A program made the position numbers and the translations under genes. Under the pieces are notes generated by a model, which had not been told where the DNA came from, did not search any database, and saw nothing but the letters and a program-made list of their open reading frames with translations. DNA of 63,943 nt, counting the filler, from Octopus bimaculoides (Eukaryota), in assembly GCF_001194135.2 (NCBI RefSeq). It is 7 parts of 7 records of this genome, joined end to end, with 100 filler letters (N's around TTAATTAATTAA, not from the genome) between each part and the next. Parts side by side here need not be neighbours in the genome. Positions count along the whole stretch, not along the records: positions 53,093 to 62,800 come from NC_068998.1; positions 62,901 to 63,943 come from NC_068989.1; 5 more parts are not named here. One strand, given 5' to 3'. Below, one piece after another: positions 62,075 to 63,943 of this stretch (positions within the stretch are counted from its first letter, which is position 1; each line of letters starts with the position of its first letter).

Positions 62075-62800
62075 ATGAAAACAAAACAAAATCAATTACA
62101 ATGGTCAAAACATCGTAGACTACCTGAGTCATGTCCGAGATGTTGTTGTCCTTTCTGGAGAATATATATGTCCGTTCTCATTAAATATTGTGCCATGCTA
62201 TAGAATCGATACGTAAGACGTCAGTTTATAATCTAACATTTCAATTTATGCGTTCAAGTAGGAAGCCAAGCTAAATATATATACACACATATACACTGAT
62301 ACGTACATACATACATGCATGCATATATACACACACACATATGTGTATACGTATCCATTAACACAAACACAGGAGGCAAACACGCATGTATATACATAAT
62401 GTTATTCATGCTTACACGCACATCTATATTTTTATATAATTGTCCTTCTTCTATATATCTCACTGTATATGTGTGTGTGTGCGTGTGTATGTGTGTGTGT
62501 ATGTGTGTGTGTGTTATATGCATTATATATAATTATATACTTTATATATATGTAATGTATATTACACACACACATATATATTAATATAAATATATATAAT
62601 ATATATATATGCATATATATGTATAAATATAAATATATATATGCAAATATATATAAATATAAATACTTCGTTCTCACATAAATATAGATATATATATATA
62701 TGTATACATATACATATATATATATATATATATATACATATATATACACACACACATACACACATATATATATATAGATATATATATCTAGATATATATA

Positions 62801-62900
62801 NNNNNNNNNNNNNNNNNNNNNNNNNNNNNNNNNNNNNNNNNNNNTTAATTAATTAANNNNNNNNNNNNNNNNNNNNNNNNNNNNNNNNNNNNNNNNNNNN
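62801..62900. other. Artificial scaffold linker
   Basis: TTAATTAATTAA at 62845-62856. Confidence 0.95.
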
Positions 62901-62907
62901 CAAAGGC

Positions 62908-62984
<77 letters not shown>

Positions 62985-63399
62985 CAAATATAATAATAAT
63001 GATAATAATGGCACGATGTGGTATACTATATTTTATATATTAATGTTTCTTTACTTCTGGTAAAGTGGTGATGAAACAATTGTAGTATTATGCAACAAAG
63101 CGTGTTATTCAGACCATTTTCTCTCTCTCGTGTGTGTGTGTGTGTGCGTGTGTGTGTGTGTGTGTATGCACGTGTGTACGGTATATGCCACTTTACGTCC
63201 ATAACATTCATACATATTTACCCACCAACTTACAGACAGGCATACGTACATGTCTACATACAAGTATAGACACCCACACAACACATTTGCTGGTGGGGTC
63301 AGAGGTTACCAAATTGTCTGCGACTCCCATATGTCCCATGGGAATCGCAGACAATTACATTCTTTTTCTTTCTCTCAGCAAGGGACCCACCTATCCTGT

Positions 63400-63418
63400 A
63401 ACAACAACAACAACAACA

Positions 63419-63450
<32 letters not shown>

Positions 63451-63482
63451 AGCAACAACAAGTAGTAGTAGTAATTATAGTG

Positions 63483-63517
<35 letters not shown>

Positions 63518-63800
63518 TTTAGGTGTAGCAGTGGCAGTGGTACATGTACTACTACTTGTAGTAGTAGTAGTAGTTTGGCACTGTAACCCCCACTGCTGCA
63601 ATTACTCTTACGACCACCACCACTGCCGCCATTACAGCCACCTCTTCACCATTACGACCAGCACCATCATAAGCACCACCATCACCAGCACCAACACAAT
63701 CACCACCACCACCACCACCACCTCTGTCAATACCGTCACCATCATCATCACTATCAACCAGTAATGCAAATTAATACCTCCACCACCACCACCACATTTA
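63400..63800. repeat. Compound triplet microsatellites (ACA/TAC/AGT/CAC)
   Basis: Directly visible; source of the poly-T/S/V/C/Y ORFs. Confidence 0.9.
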
Positions 63801-63943
63801 CAGCTCTTCATTACAACCTCCGCCACCAGCTTCAAATACTCCCGTTTCCACTATCGCGATACAAATATCACTCCAACCGCCAGTTACCTTCTCACACTAC
63901 CACAGCAACACGTCAACACCTCTACCAATTAATTCTCTCCCCC

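Overview
AT-rich, microsatellite-dense animal genomic DNA. I infer an octopus from the recognisable SINE families and repeat landscape. The window joins at least 7 scaffold pieces with artificial 44N-TTAATTAATTAA-44N linkers and has many internal gaps. I can support no host protein-coding gene, rRNA, functional tRNA or CRISPR array; almost all long ORFs in the track are translated microsatellites or N-runs. The window is a layered set of mobile-element remnants: three tRNA-derived SINE families (CORE-type, Meta-type and a third), decayed LINEs (CR1, RTE, Tx1/L1, and about eight R4/Dong-like RLE pieces), a mariner pseudogene, several MITEs and a Helitron-like insertion. The most interesting signal is a set of minimal type-I hammerhead ribozyme (HHR) motifs of unrelated flanking sequence, most with palindromic stem III, several inside fold-back inverted repeats. 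One is a head-to-head palindrome of [tRNA-like head + (AAT)n + hammerhead]. No Penelope ORF is visible, which suggests non-autonomous ribozyme-bearing retroelements. A 20/22-nt match between a SINE 3' end and a Tx1-like LINE 3' end suggests a SINE-LINE partnership.
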